64,000 bases of DNA. It comes from Zygnema circumcarinatum SAG 698-1b. Lineage: Eukaryota > Plantae > Zygnematophyceae. The DNA is taken from assembly GCA_037447605.1 (NCBI GenBank), contig CM074821.1, positions 558,001 to 622,000 on the forward strand. The letters run 5' to 3'. This document shows, piece by piece, positions 1-12,933 of this stretch. The notes beneath the pieces were generated by a model. That model was given only the letters and a program-made list of their open reading frames with translations, was not told the origin of the DNA and made no database searches. Both the position numbers and the translations under genes were made by a program. Within the stretch, counting starts at the first letter, position 1, and each line of letters begins with the position of its first letter.

Positions 1-62
1 GGTACAGCAAACAAGTTTTATTTTTTCTAATTTTTTTGTCGCGGGAGATTTAATGAATTCAG

Positions 63-1485
63 AGGAAAGTTCGGCGGTGGATGAATGAGCGGCTGCTGAG
101 AGACTTGGCGGGTCCACTGGACGCCATCTCCATCGCTTCTCTCTATGCCCCTCCGCCATGGGGTACCTCTCTTCTCCTTCTCCCTCTCTTCTCCCTCTCA
201 CTCTCTCCTTTCTCTCCCTCTCTTCTCCCTCTCCCTCTCTTCTCCCTCTCCCTCTCCCTCTCTTCTCCCTCTCCCTCTCTTCTCCCTCTCCCTCTCTTCT
301 TCCTCTCCCTCTCTTCTCCCTCTCCCTCTTCTCCCTCTCACTCTCCTTTCTCTCCCTCTCTTCTCTCCTTTCCCCCTCTCTTCTCCCTCTCCCTCTCTTC
401 TCCCTCTCCCTCTCTTCTCCCTCTCCCTCTTCTCCCTCTCCCTCTCTTCTCCCTCTCCCTCTCTTCTCCCTCTCCCTCTCTTCTCCCTCTCCCTCTCTCC
501 TTTCTCTCCCTCTCTTCTCCCTCTCCCTCTCTTCTCCCTCTCCACTCTTCTCCCTCGTCCTCTCTCCTCCCTCTCCCCCTCTTCTCCTTTCGCCTTTCTT
601 CCTCACACTCCCTCTCTCGGTCCCTCCGTCTTTCCCTCGTTCCCAGTGTTCTTCTCTCTGTCCCATCTCTCATTTTTTCCATATGCTTCTCTCTTGCTCC
701 CTTTCTACCTCTCTCGTGTTGTTCTCCCCCATGGATCGTTGTCCTTTCTCTTTCTCCCCACGCACACGCTCCCTTCCCACTCTCTCCCTCACACGCTCTC
801 CTTCCTCCGCTGTGCTTCTCTTCCTGTCAGTCTTGCCTCAACCTGGTCCATAGGAATGAACTGTTAGTGGCAGGATATGTCTGAATTCACCAAAAGGTGT
901 TATTTTCCTTCTTCCTTCTCGTTCTCCTTTTTTTCATGCATCTTTTTCACCTTGTCATGCTTTAATCCCTCCATTTAAGGTCTGCAGGAGAAAAGACGGA
1001 ACCGACAGTGCTTGAGAGGGTGACTTCCGTTGACTTTGACTATGGGTTAGTTCGAGATGTGTCGGCATGGGAACCGTTTCGGAACAGTGTGGACATGGAT
1101 AAGCAGGTGAGAACGACAGAAACTAGGACAGAGAAATTAGATGTTGTTACCAGAGCAGCTTCATTGCAGCTCCATTGCTTTTCCTGGGGGGGGGGTGGGG
1201 GCAGAGAGAGAGGGAGAGAGAGAGAGAGAGAGTGAGGGAGAGAGAGTGGTGAGGGAGAGAGAGAGGGAGAGAGAGCGAGAGAGAGAGAGAGGGAGAGAGA
1301 GGGTGAGGGAGAGAGGTGAGTGAGAGAGAGAGGTGAGGGAGAGCTCGAGGTGCGAGGGAGAGAGAGAGAAAGAGAGAGAGAGGGGGACAGAGAGAGAGGG
1401 AGAGAGAGCGAGAGAGAGAGAGAGAGAAAGATAGAGAGGAGAGAGAGGGGAGCGGGAGGGGGAGCGGGAGCGAGCGAGAGCGAGC

Positions 1486-1527
<42 letters not shown>

Positions 1528-3289
1528 ATTCACACTTGTTGTTGTTGTGTTGGCGAGCAGGAGAGGTTTCTCTCCCGCAGGCAGCGAGGCCCTCCCGCGG
1601 AGGGCGAGGCCTTGGCCGCGTGGCGGGCGGTGGAGCACAGCGCCAGACTGGCACTCAGAAGGACGGCGGACTGGCCCCTGCTGGGAGAGCTCGAGGTGAG
1701 GGAGAGAGAGAGAGAGAGGTGAGGGAGAGAGAGAGAGAGGTGAGGGAGAGAGAGGGAGGTGAGGGAGAGAGAGGGGTGAGAGAGAGAGAGAGAGGTGAGG
1801 GAGAGAGAGAGGTGAGGGAGGGAGAGGGAGAGAGTGAGGGAGAGAGAGGAGAGGTGAGAGAGAGAGGTGAGGGAGAGCTCGAGGTGAGGGAGAGAGAGAG
1901 GTGAGGGAGAGAGAGAGGTGAGGGAGAGAGAGAGGTGAGGGAGAGAGAGAGGTGAGGGAGAGAGAGAGAGGTGAGGGAGAGAGAGAGTTGAGGGAGAGAG
2001 AGGTGAGAAGAGAGAGAGAGGCGAGGGAGAGCTCGAGGTGAGGGAAAGAGAGAGGTGAGAGGGAGAGAGAGGTGAGTGAGAGAGAGAGGTGAGGGAGAGC
2101 TCGAGGTGCGAGGGAGAGAGAGAGGTGAGGGAGAGAGAGGTGAGAGGGAGAGAGAGAGGTGAGGGAGAGAGAGAGGTGAGGGAGAGAGAGAGGTGAGGAA
2201 GAAAGAGAGGTGAGGGAGAGCTCGAGGTGAGGGAGAGAGAGTGGTGAGGGAGAGAGAGAGGTGAGGAAGAGAGAGGTTAGGGAGAGCTCGAGGTGAGGGA
2301 GGGTGAGACGCTCTCTCGTCGCACTGTGGGAGGGAGGCTCTGTTCGCCTTGAAGCAAAATGTCTCTTGAATAGACCTCAATCTTAGAAAATTGTCCTCTA
2401 AGCAAAAAGTATCCGTAAAGCGGACATCAAAACCAGTACTTTGGTGAAGTAATGGTCCTCCTACAAATCATAACTGATTTCAACTTGATCTCGTAAGCGA
2501 GAAAAAAGTATTCCCATAGCAATGCTTTTACCATTGGCAACCCGTAATAGAGAGAATTGGCCGAGTGAACCTGCCCTGCAGGAAAAGCTGTTAGAGTTTC
2601 TGCAAAGAGAAGGAGAGCAGCTGGAAGAGGAGGAAATTCATTTCGAGCTCGACACTGCCTTTCAGCGATTGCTGCTTCGTGGGCTCTGCCAGGTTTACCC
2701 CCCCCTCGCTTCAATTCAAGGCTTTTTTTAGGGCACGGAAGCTAATTCTGTAATTGGTAAGAGTTTTAGTGGTTTGGAGTTTTTCAAGGTTTAGGTCTTT
2801 TGTGGTCCGGGAGACTTGTTTGGATAGGTATAAGGGTTTTAGGGGGACTGGTTTCTTATCCTTCTAATGTTATGAGCCTTTTGAGTGATAGGGTTGTCCT
2901 TATAGCACTTCTAGGTTATTCTTAACTTCTTAAGTTCTCATTTCAACGGTCGCCACTGTCAAAATGAAGCATTTACGATTCACTGTCTACTCCAAACCCA
3001 ACAAACAAACTCCAAACTCTCTCTGTTCACTCTATCCACTAACTCCAAACCTTTTGTTCCGTTTTCCTTTTTCCTTCGTGTTTTTTGGAATCTTTCCTTT
3101 TGTCAGTTCCATGGGTTGACAGCCTACACCCTTCGTGATGTCCAAGTTGGAAACGATACCTTGCCAAGCTGTGTGGTGAAAGTTCGGAGTCGGAAGGTTC
3201 TCGAAGGAGAAGGGGGAGCTCGAAAGCAGGGCAGAAGCTCGGTCCGCCTCTCTCACGTTTTGGCTGCAGGAAGGGAAGCTCCCCTCTAG
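63..3289 (+). CDS. R3H-associated/R3H domain protein (R3HDM4-like), 5' part outside window
   Basis: Exons 63-162, 988-1106, 1561-1695, 2582-2692 and 3107-3289 (TAG), all AG/GT bounded and joining in frame. Translation includes RKVRRWMNERLL..LYAPPPWG and FQRLLLRGLCQFHGLTAYT, recognised as an R3H-assoc plus R3H-like layout. Confidence 0.8.
165..830. repeat. Intronic CT-rich microsatellite, (CTCTCC/CTCTT)n
   Basis: Near-pure pyrimidine tract inside the first visible R3H intron; source of the S/L/P-rich ORFs. Confidence 0.9.
1696..2305. repeat. GA-rich minisatellite built from GAGGTGAGGGAGAGAG units
   Basis: Repeats begin at the exon-3 donor site and reiterate it. Confidence 0.85.
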
Positions 3290-3823
3290 AAGCCCTAGGG
3301 CTCCCTCCCTTTGTTTTTAACTTTTGGAGGGCTATGAGAGAGAGAGAGAGAGAGGGAGAGAGAGAGGGGGGAGAGAGAGAGAGCCCCATGTGGGACCTGT
3401 GGAGCGAATCGCTGTTGCTGGTAACGGGTAACAACTGTACATATGGGAGACATGGAAGCTGAAGAGGCAGAGTGAAGAAAGGAAGGGAAAGGTTTGTATC
3501 AACGTTTAGTTGGCGACTTGCAGGTCCCACATGCAAGGCTAGGGCTTTGCTTTAAGAAAATAATGATTATTGGGCATGGTTTGGGGTAGTTGGCAGAGTC
3601 TCAGAGCAAACGAAACCAACAGGAAGCGCCAGTTTGTTTTTAGGCTTGAATTACGCGAATCCCCATTTAGGGTTTTAGGTGATTTCCGGGCTTTGGGAGC
3701 AGTTGGCAAAATGGTGGCACAAGAATGCCCTTATCCTTAAGCCCCCGCAAGAGCACTTTGGGTGGGTCCTGTGCATGGCTGTTGGCTGTCTTGTCTTGGG
3801 GATAAAGCATTTGATGGCATGGG

Positions 3824-3877
3824 CCAATCTTGGATTGCCACGTAAACATCGTGTCTGACGTGACGAGCTGTGATTGG
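3824..3877. promoter_or_regulatory. Dyad of ERSE-like elements upstream of eEF1B-gamma
   Basis: CCAAT-cttggattg-CCACG-16 nt-CGTGA-cgagctgtg-ATTGG, about 440-490 bp upstream of the ATG at 4312. Confidence 0.6.
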
Positions 3878-4311
3878 CCATATGCTTTGAAGGATACCCC
3901 TAAATGGATCTCCTCTCAATGGCTGGTCAGTTTCTATGACTCATGCCTTGACATCCAACTGGAACTGCAACTGGAACTGGAACTGTAACTGAAACAGGCT
4001 GATTAGCTGTTACAATTTCGCCCAATTTTGTTTGTTATAATATGGAACGGAATCGTTTATTTGCAACGGGATCTTTGACGACCGTGCCGTACGGAAGATT
4101 CTACATGTACGGACAGTGATTCCTCCCCGAACCCTCGTGAGGGGGAGAGGCGCTAAACCCTCCGCCGCCTGTCGACTTTTGGAAGCTTCCGTTTTCCCTC
4201 TCCCTCGCGCACTCCCACTCTCTCCCGAGCTCCCTCTCTCCCACTCTCTCTCCCTCTCTCTCCCGTGTGAGCGTGCAGTGAGGCAGGCGGGTGGCGGAGG
4301 CAGGGGGAGAG

Positions 4312-7300
4312 ATGGCTCTGGTGAGTACAAAGCTGCTTTCCGCGGCCGCATTCACTGCTGCGATGTGCTTGTACGCGCCATATTTGAGTGTCAGCGTGAG
4401 CTTTTAGGGTTTCATCGTGGCTATTGATAATGCGTCTGATGAAAGAACATAGAACTTCTCAAATTCTTTTTCAAACATGGATCGTACAGTTTTTAGTCGA
4501 ATACCGCTTGTTGGATGCATGAATGCATTCATGTTTTAGCTGTAACAAATTGCTTGCTGAAGCACGCGTTGCATTTATTTGCTGTTTTGTTTTGTTTTTT
4601 TTTGTTGCAGAAGCTGTACACGTCTCCCGGCAACAAAAATGCGTTCAAAGCGCTCATTGCCGCTGAGTATGTGGGCATGAAGCTGGAGGTGTTGCCCTTC
4701 GAGTGGGGGGTCACCAACAAGTCGCCGGAGTTTCTGAAGCTTACGCCGATTGGAAAGGTATATGCATGTGCTTGTGCTCCTTGGCATTAAACTCAGACAT
4801 TAAAGGGGTGAGAGAGGTTTTTTCTCTATTTTTTTCTTTGACAAACGCTCAGAGATAATTCTTGCATCGTTTTCTCAGAGCGGGTTGTTATTTTTGCCTA
4901 CTTTTGAGTATGTAGTATTTCTGCAGTTTCTGAAGTGCTGAAGAGATCTAGCAGGAGCACGGCAGGAGAGCCTGTAATAAGCGGACCTGTGAAGTGTGTT
5001 AAAATGTTATTTCTTACCTTTTTTTTTTGTTGTGTTTTGTCTCTCTGGTGAAGTCGTGTTCTGATTCACTGCGTTTTTTTTCTCTTCGTTTTATTCTTCC
5101 TGTATCACCGTACAAAGTGCACATGCATATGCATGTTTGCAAACATCTGTACATACACATTGACGTGCTTTCATTTTTTTATGTTTCGTGGTTTTTCGTA
5201 CTATCGTGCTTTGCCTTTTGTTTGTACGTGTTTTTTTTTGACTGGAGGTTTTTCTATTCGGATTTTTGTCGATTAACTTGCACTGGCGATATTGAAAGGT
5301 CATGCTTACATAGATTATTTTGTTGTGGGTTATAAAGCATTTTCTTGCTTTTCTTGTCAGGAATGTGACAAGTTTGCAACGCTTTCCCTGAACGGTTTTT
5401 TTTTTTGTGCAGGTTCCCGTTCTTCAAACCCCGCATGGATCTATTTTTGAAAGCAACGCCATCGCTCGGTACAGTAAGTCTTTTTTTTTCTTTACAAACT
5501 GCTCGTTGAACGCAGGCTTTACTTTCAGAAGCAGCCGGGCTTTTTCGGTCACTTTTGGGGCACACAACGAGAGTGGGGATGGGGGGGGGGGAGAGAGGGG
5601 AAATAGGAAAGGAGGGAGAGAGAGGTAGAGAGAGGGTGAGGAGGGAAGGGGGCAGGGGCGGAGAGTTGGGGTGAGATAGGGAGAGTGCGGGATGGACGGT
5701 TGGTGAGAGCGGGAGAGGAGGGGAGGGGAGAGGGGGTGAGAGAAGAGGGAGAGATCGAGGGAGGGAGATGGGCCAAGAGAGGGAGAGAGTGAGAGAGAGG
5801 GAGGGGACGGGGGGAGAGAGGGGGGAGGGATGGAGGGAGAGTGAGGGAGAGGGGACAAGAGAGGGGGAGAGAGAGGGGGAGGGATTGGGGAGAGAGAGGG
5901 ACGGGGGGGGGAGGGGAAGGGGGGAAGGCATGGAGGGAGTGAGAGAGAGAGGGGGAGAGAGCGGGGGAGTGATGAAGGGAGAGAGAGGGAGAGGGTGGGA
6001 GAGGACTAGAGAGGGGGAAGGGAAGGAGGGAAAGAGATGAAGAGGGGGAATGGGATGGGGGAGGGAGAGAAGGGGAGGGGACTCGGGGAGAGTGATATGG
6101 GAGAGGGATGGAAGAGGAGACAGGTGAGGAGGGGGAGTGAGAGAGAGGAGGGATGGAGGGAGAGATTGGGAGAGGGGGCAGGACAAGGGGGGGAGAGGGC
6201 GAGGGATGGAGGGAGAGGGAAGGTGAGGGACGGAAGAAGAGAGAGATGGGAGTTTTGTAGGAAGGAGAGGGAGGGAGGGGGAAGAGAGGGGAAGAGTGGG
6301 AGGGATGGCGGTAGAGAGGGATGCGGGGAGGGGACAAGAAAGGAGGAGAGAGAATTGGGGGATGAAGAGTGGGAGAGGAAGCGGGAGAGAGAGCACTCAC
6401 GTCCCTATTAGAATGATTCCTGTTATTCACAGTAAGTGATGGTTTTTCTATGCGAGTGTGCTATACTCGTAAGGGCCTCACTCGTTAACTTTTTTTAATG
6501 TTGTGATATGAACCAGCGGGCCCTTTAGTCACTTCTTCCTTTGATTATGACTGCTTGATGCATGTCCTGAAGCTCGTCTGAATGAGCGGATAAGCAGATA
6601 AAGAACATGCCGCTTATGATCTGGATATTTTATTGTTCCAAGCTGATTTTGGGACTAATGATGTTTGTGTGGGGTACGTTTGTCTGGGTGCAGTTGCCAG
6701 GCTTTCCGATAAGCCGAGCCTTTATGGGGCGACTCTTCTGGATATGGTGAGGGCTTGATAAGTGATATGCTCGTGGAGCTTTTTTCTGCCCCCTCTCCCC
6801 TCCCTTTTCCCTCCCTTTTACCAATCCCTGCCCTTTCCCTCATTTTTTATCATAGGCACACAACACTGCCCCTTCCCAGCCCGCTCACTTTCTCTCTCCC
6901 TCCCCTCTCTCTCTCTCGTTGCTCACCGTTCCCGCCATTGTCTCTTTGTCTCCATTCCAAGTGAGGGAGATCGAAGCTGTCTCTCGACTTCAATTCTTAC
7001 TCGCTGGAGTAGGAAGTGCAAGTATTTGAAGTATATAAGAAGAAATGTTTTGGAAGCATATACAGCGAGTGTTGCAGAATAGGTTACTCGCTGTGAATGA
7101 TGACATGTGCATTATGATGAAGTAAAGTGTATGTCAGTGTTAGGGATTTATACCGAAGGGGAAGGGTGTTAAGAGTCTTATGTAATGGTGTATGTTCCCT
7201 GTGGGTCAACAAGCTTGAGTCATTTCCTCTCCGTAACGTCTTTATGTGACATCTCGACGCTGCTTCTACGGTTATTGTGTTTGAATTACAGGCACATGTG

Positions 7301-9485
7301 GAGCAGTGGATTGATTTCGCATCCAATGAGATAGACACTCCTTTGAGCAGATGGGGCAACCCTCTTCATGGATACGGCCCTAGAATTAAGGAGGTATGGA
7401 CGCATTTCCTGTACTTGTGCTGGACACCTGCTGTCCATAATCTGAATGCATGGCTTTGAATGTTAAAGAGCTTCAACTTTAGTTGTGTTGACAAAGTGCG
7501 AAGTGGTAAACTGGTTCTAATCCTTTTCTTCCCGGATCGGGAGAGTGTTTCCAAGCAAATGCTCTTTGTTACGTTAGCGACATATCCACTTTGGATGTAT
7601 AACGTATTTTATTTATGTATTAATGTATATTGCTGGAAACCCTATTTGCAGGTAGAAGAATCAGCTATTGCTGCCTCAAAAAGGGGTCTCGCTGCTCTGA
7701 ACTCATTCCTAGCAGACAATACGTACCTTGTGGGACACTCCATCACCCTCGCCGATATTATCGCTGTATGCAGCCTGTACAACCCCATTCAGGGTCTCCT
7801 GTCGGAGGAGTTTATGAAGGACTACCCCCACGTCAGCCGATATTTCTTTACGGTTGCCAATCAGCCCAAGGTGAAGAAGGTGATTGGTGAGGTGAAGCAG
7901 TGTGCTGTGACCCCAACAAATGTTCTTCCAAAGAGCCAATCTCTTGGACCAAAGAAGACTGCAGAGACACCCGCACCCACTCCCGCACCCACTCCTGCAC
8001 CCACTCCTGCACCCGTGCCCGCAGTCAAGGTATATCTTAAATTCTCTCGTTTCTCTCTCCCTTTTTTCTCGATACGTCCAAAAGGAATAGGAGTAACAGT
8101 CACAGTTTGTAAGGATTCTGTGCGCTTTTCTCGGAGTGTTGAAGCATGATATGCAGAGGAGGGAACTTGCAAATTTCCTTGGATAACGTTGTATGGGTTT
8201 TTCTTGCATCCTAACGCTTGGATATTTGCTGTGTATCAGCCCAAAGAAGCTGCACCAAAGGCAGAGAAGAAGCCAAAGGCGGCTCCTGCACCCCCACCTC
8301 CTGCTGCTGATGATGATGAGGAATTAGAATTGGCACCAAAGCCGAAGGCAAAGAATCCCCTTGACTTGCTTCCCCCGAGTCCAATGGTAATGGATGCTTG
8401 GAAGAGATTATACTCCAACACGAAGGCCAAGGATTTCAGAGAGGTGGCCATTAAGGGTGAGTTTTTAGCTGAAGGAGGCCTAATTGCCGAATTTGGTAAT
8501 GGGAAAGCTTTCTCCTCCTTACGTTGCCCTCTTTCCTCGCCTCACCTCGTCTCGTCCCCTTACTTCCTCCCTTTCCTTATACATGTCCTTCCTCCTCTCG
8601 AGTCCTTATATCTCATTATGCAACTGGTCGCTCTTCTGTCGCAGCTGAGCATATAAAATCTGCTCTCAGGCTAACGCTGAAAATCTTTGAATAGCCTGCT
8701 AAATTCAGTAACCCCTGAAATTTTTTTCTCTTTTACTTACACTGCTGTTAACTCTGCCTTGCGAATGCAGGCTTCTGGGAGATGTACGACCCAGAGGGCT
8801 ACTCCCTTTGGTTCTGTGACTACTTGTATAATGATGAGAATCAGGTGAAGTTTGTGACTCTCAACAAGGTGAGCGGCTTCTTGCAGCGAATGGACCATGT
8901 CCGCAAGCACGGATTTGCAAAGATGTGCATTTTGGGCGACGATCCTCCCTATATCATTAAGGGAGTGTGGCTTTTCCGAGGGCCGGACGTCCCAGAAATG
9001 GTGAAGGAGGAGTGCTATGACGCAGAGCTTTACAAGTGGACAAAGGTAGTGAATTTGGGCGGCCCTTTTCCTAATCATAATGTGCTGCATATCAATTAGT
9101 CAGTTAGTCAGTTTATCGGTCTAACTCTGTAGCTCGGAAGGGCTACTGGTTTGGAACCTGAAAGGACGGAAATGTGGAATGGATCCTGCTTTGGATTCTC
9201 GAACCCTAAGTTCTTTGGAATTGAGATATCCAAGATGTAAGATTTACTAGATGCAGATTATACACAATAATATATATATTCTGTGAGGGGATGCCAGGAT
9301 GTAGTGTTGAGCATTTAGAACTCGGATGCATACCTTTTTGTGTCGCAAGTCTCCTGATTTCGTTGCTTTTGTTTCTGCAGGTGGATATCAATGACTCCGC
9401 ACAGAAGGATTTGGTGAGTGATTACTTTGAAGAGCCGGACGTGATTGGCGGCTTGACTTTGGTGGAGGCCAAGTGCTTCAAGTAG
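4312..9485 (+). CDS. EEF1G: Translation elongation factor 1B gamma (GST-like N domain plus EF1G C domain)
   Basis: Exons 4312-4320, 4611-4757, 5413-5473, 6694-6746, 7292-7393, 7652-8029, 8240-8456, 8771-9045 and 9381-9485 join in frame. Motifs GKVPVL..FESNAIARY, VEQWIDF, KNPLDLLPPSPMVMDAWKRLYSN, FWEMYDPEGYSLW and EAKCFK*. Confidence 0.97.
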
Positions 9486-10454
9486 AGAGAGAGACTGGAA
9501 CATTTTGAGGATCCATGCGGCCTTCCGTCGGAGGTGACGGAAATCGTGGAAATTTTGGATGTAGGCAGTGGCTGGGCTTTGGCTGGGAGATGTTCCATGT
9601 TGCATTAACGATTTGCTAGATTTTGAAAAAAACGGAAAGTGATGATCCATGCGGAAATCTCACACCATTTCACTTGAAGGAGGCTGCCGGGCTTGGCCTG
9701 GGGAGCCTTCTCTATGATCGCCATTGGAGGCATAGTAGAACGGTTCTACAAGGAAAGCTTTTATGGAGGCAGTAGAGAGGATGAACCTGAACGGCTTTTA
9801 GAGGCAGGCGGAGAGGAGAATACATGATCAGGGGGCGGCAGCTTCCTCGCAGCTTCCCCATTGTTGTCAAATTCGGCTCTTCGCTCATTGAGTAGTACTC
9901 GTGTCTGGAAGTTGCTCAGTAATTGGTGAAATCTGTGAAGAGCAACTTTTGGTGAAGGCTGAAACGTGGGGTTCACGGCTGTCATGGGCTGCGTGGAGTA
10001 TGACGGAACACCTGCGTGGAGTGGCCCTTAAACCCTGAGTGTGGCGCATGAGTCTTGTCATGCGGCATATTTTGAATACTCCCAAAGCGGGCTGCTTACT
10101 CTGTACTGAACACTCTTGTCCAGGTGCAACTTTGACTCAAAGCAATGCTTGCAGGGGGCAGGGGCTCACTCGGGAGCTTTTTGAATGGGGGTCATGACTG
10201 AAGGACTCTTAACCGAGGGTATTTCCTGACAGACTGAGTCCTAACTAGGTAATATACGAACGAAAATGTGACTAGGCAAATAAGTAAGAGGAAATTATTA
10301 TTATGTACACTCCTTTTTGTTGGATACGAACCTTTTAAAAAAATCCCAAAACCCTACAACCTGAAGTAAAATCTGACCAGCGAAAAAAAGTGTGCTTCTA
10401 GCCAAAAAAGGTGCGTAAATAGACCCTAAATAAGGATAAAGAGGATTTATTAAT

Positions 10455-10538
10455 AGGGGGCAGGATAACCAAAATGGGAGGGTAAATTTTTCAAGAAGGA
10501 GATTGGATATCCTAAATAGGGGGCGCAGTATCATTTTC
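10455..10538 (-). mobile_element. Solo degenerate TIR related to the MULE at 11505-12847
   Basis: Reverse complement ggaaaatgata..ccccc..ggatatcc..aaattt..ctcccattttggttatcc resembles the 11505 TIR. No partner or TSD found. Confidence 0.45.
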
Positions 10539-10913
10539 CTTTATGAAAAACATTTAAGATACGTCTGGTTGGATAGAAGCGAGGAATAAGCGTGATTTCT
10601 GAGCTGCACCATTTGGCCAATTCTTACTGAAGTTTACTCAGTCATCGTTTAATCGTTTAGGAAGTTGCTGACGATGGCTATGACTGCCTTCCTTCCTGTA
10701 GAAATTAAAGGCTACGATTTATGGCTATCAATGGCTACGTCTTTCAATTTAGTAACTAGTCCATGACTGCGATTTCCCTTTAGTAAGTGGGCGATGGTAG
10801 GGACCTTCCTCTTAGTATCAGTCGATGGCTACGCCCTCGACCTCACAAAGATCCCAGGGCTCCCATTTTGTGAACATGTGTGTTAGGGGACTGAACCAGA
10901 ACCAAAAGATCGT

Positions 10914-11202
10914 TTTTAGGGTTGCAAGGGTTTTGAGGGTTTTGGGGTCTTTAGGGTTTTCAAGCCTCTTAGGGTTTTCAAGGTTTTCAAGGTTTTGTGG
11001 GCTTTGAGGGTTTCGAGGGTTTTTAGTGTTCTGAGGGTTTTTAGGGTTTTGAGGGTTTTCAAGGTTTTAGGTTTTTTAAGGTTTTTAGTGTTTTTAGGAT
11101 TTCAAGGGTTTCTAGGGTTTTTAGTGTTTTAGGGTTTCTAGTGTTTCGATGTTTTTTTAGGGTTTCTGGGATTACTAGGGTTTCGAGGGTTTCGAGGGTT
11201 CA
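10914..11202 (+). repeat. Degenerate interstitial telomere-like array (TTTAGGG variants)
   Basis: Runs of tttaggg, tttcaagg and ttttgaggg. Confidence 0.8.
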
Positions 11203-11864
11203 GTCCGCGCGATCGGCGAGTGCCGCATTCCGTAATTTAAAGAAGCGAGTAGTGGACAAAAAGAGAAGGAAAATGGCATTGATCTCACGATGGCGGTGAT
11301 GGCCGAAATCAACATGGGGAACCACGAGGAACTGGTCGCAAAGGACCCAAGCAAAAGAGAAAAAAGCGGAGAAAGGAGCAGAAAGCCACGCCTCGGCTCA
11401 ACAACGCTTCAAGCCCTCCCTGAAAGCAGCCGCGAAGCTCGCCAGAGGAAGCGGTGGACCGCTCTCAAAGGACCGCCCAATTTTTATGAAATAGGAAATT
11501 CAAAGGAGAATGATAGACTTTCCCCCCTTTTCGGATATCCTCTCCCCCTTTTCGGGAAATTTCGTACTCCCATTTTGGCTATCCACTCCCCCCTCCTCTA
11601 TTTTTATTTTTTTGTTTCTCCTCTCACACATCAACGCAATGCCCGCAAACACATTCGCAGAAAGAGAGCAAAGCAAATAGAGAGAAAATAGAGAAAAAGA
11701 GGAGAAAGAAAATAGAAAAAGAGAGAAAGAGAGAAAGAGAGAGAAAGAAAGAGAAAAAGAAAGAGAGAATGAGAGAAATGCTTGGAAGGTCCAAATGTAC
11801 GCATCCTTCGGTTTTTCTCGTAAAAACGCAAATCTTGCGCTAAAAGTCAAATAAGTGGCATTCA

Positions 11865-12540
11865 TCCTTGACAATGTTCAACCAAGGCATTCCAACTCGG
11901 TTTGTCTTGTAAGTCGCATCCATTACGAAGACATTGTTGTACTCATTTGCAAGCTTGGATCAGTCCGGGTGAGTAAAGAATAAACCTGTAACAGCGTCTT
12001 TGATCCCAAAACTAACTTCAAAGATGAAATTGTCAACACTCAGGGTTTCAATTAGGGCCACAATGGGGGGGGTTTCACCATGCAAAAAATCTGTCCTCTA
12101 TGCGGCGATCTCATTGTACCCTACACTTTTGGTCGTATGCTGGTTCTTGTACTGGGATTGGAGGGTAGAAATTATGGATGGAATGCTGGCGCCGTTTTGT
12201 CAGACCTTGACCATCGCCCGCGGAATTGAAAGATTCCGCCGGTGGAAAGGTATTGATTTCGATTGCAGAATTCGGTTCGGAAACCGCGGCTCCCCCCGAA
12301 CCTGTCTGTCACGTCCGTACTTCGAAATAGGTTACAAAAATGAGATACAGGCTCGGCGCCCGAGCCTGTCGAACGTCCACTTTTGGCGAAAAAGGCCTGC
12401 CGTACAACGCGGAATTGGCCCGACGGGCTCGCGGAATTGGTTTGGCGATGGTCAAGGTCTGACTCCCCCTATTCCTTCTCGTGAGTATTCAAGCACCTCA
12501 TCTCGGCGTACCTAGTGGAAATGACGTAATTGTGCTCTTC
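11865..12540 (-). pseudogene. MULE/FAR1-type transposase fragment
   Basis: Minus-strand translation ..LHGETPPIVALIETL..GLFFTHPD*SKLANEYNNVFVMDATYKTNRVGMPWLNIV matches the MULE D-x-TYKTN..MPL motif. In-frame stops and an insertion interrupt it. Confidence 0.85.
12199..12463. mobile_element. 265-bp MITE-like insertion nested in the MULE transposase
   Basis: Perfect 20-bp inverted repeats GTCAGACCTTGACCATCGCC (12199-12218) and GGCGATGGTCAAGGTCTGAC (12444-12463); subterminal GCGGAATTG repeats. Confidence 0.7.
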
Positions 12541-12933
12541 AACGATGGCTATTACAACCCACACGTCCTTCTTCTTAGAAAACGTTGCCTTGATCTTAAA
12601 AGGGAAATTTTTCATGCGGCTTGAGGTATGCCTCGTCTTGCTACTCTCTTCCTTACCTTTATCCCTGTAGGTCCCACTGCTAAAGCATTACACGAGAAGA
12701 GGAGAGAAGTGGAGGGCAGGGGGGGGGGGGGGATATCTCCTCCCGAAATACTCAAAACAGGGGGAGTGGATAGCCAAAATTGAAGCACGAAATTTCCCGA
12801 AAAGGGGGAGAGGATATCCAAAAAGGGGGTAAAGTCTATCATTCTCCAATTCAAAAATAATTTTTGGTCGATGGGAATCTTCGTACGGTACAAAGGGGCT
12901 CTGAGAGTGCTCCGAGTAGCGGTGACTAAGAGT

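Larger units (their letters stand above)
11505..12847 (-). mobile_element. Mutator-like (MULE) DNA transposon, internally deleted, with TIRs and 8-bp TSD
   Basis: About 87-bp TIRs starting GGAGAATGATAGACTTT (11505-11591 and 12761-12847). Direct repeat AATTCAAA at 11497-11504 and 12848-12855. Internal transposase remnant. Confidence 0.9.
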
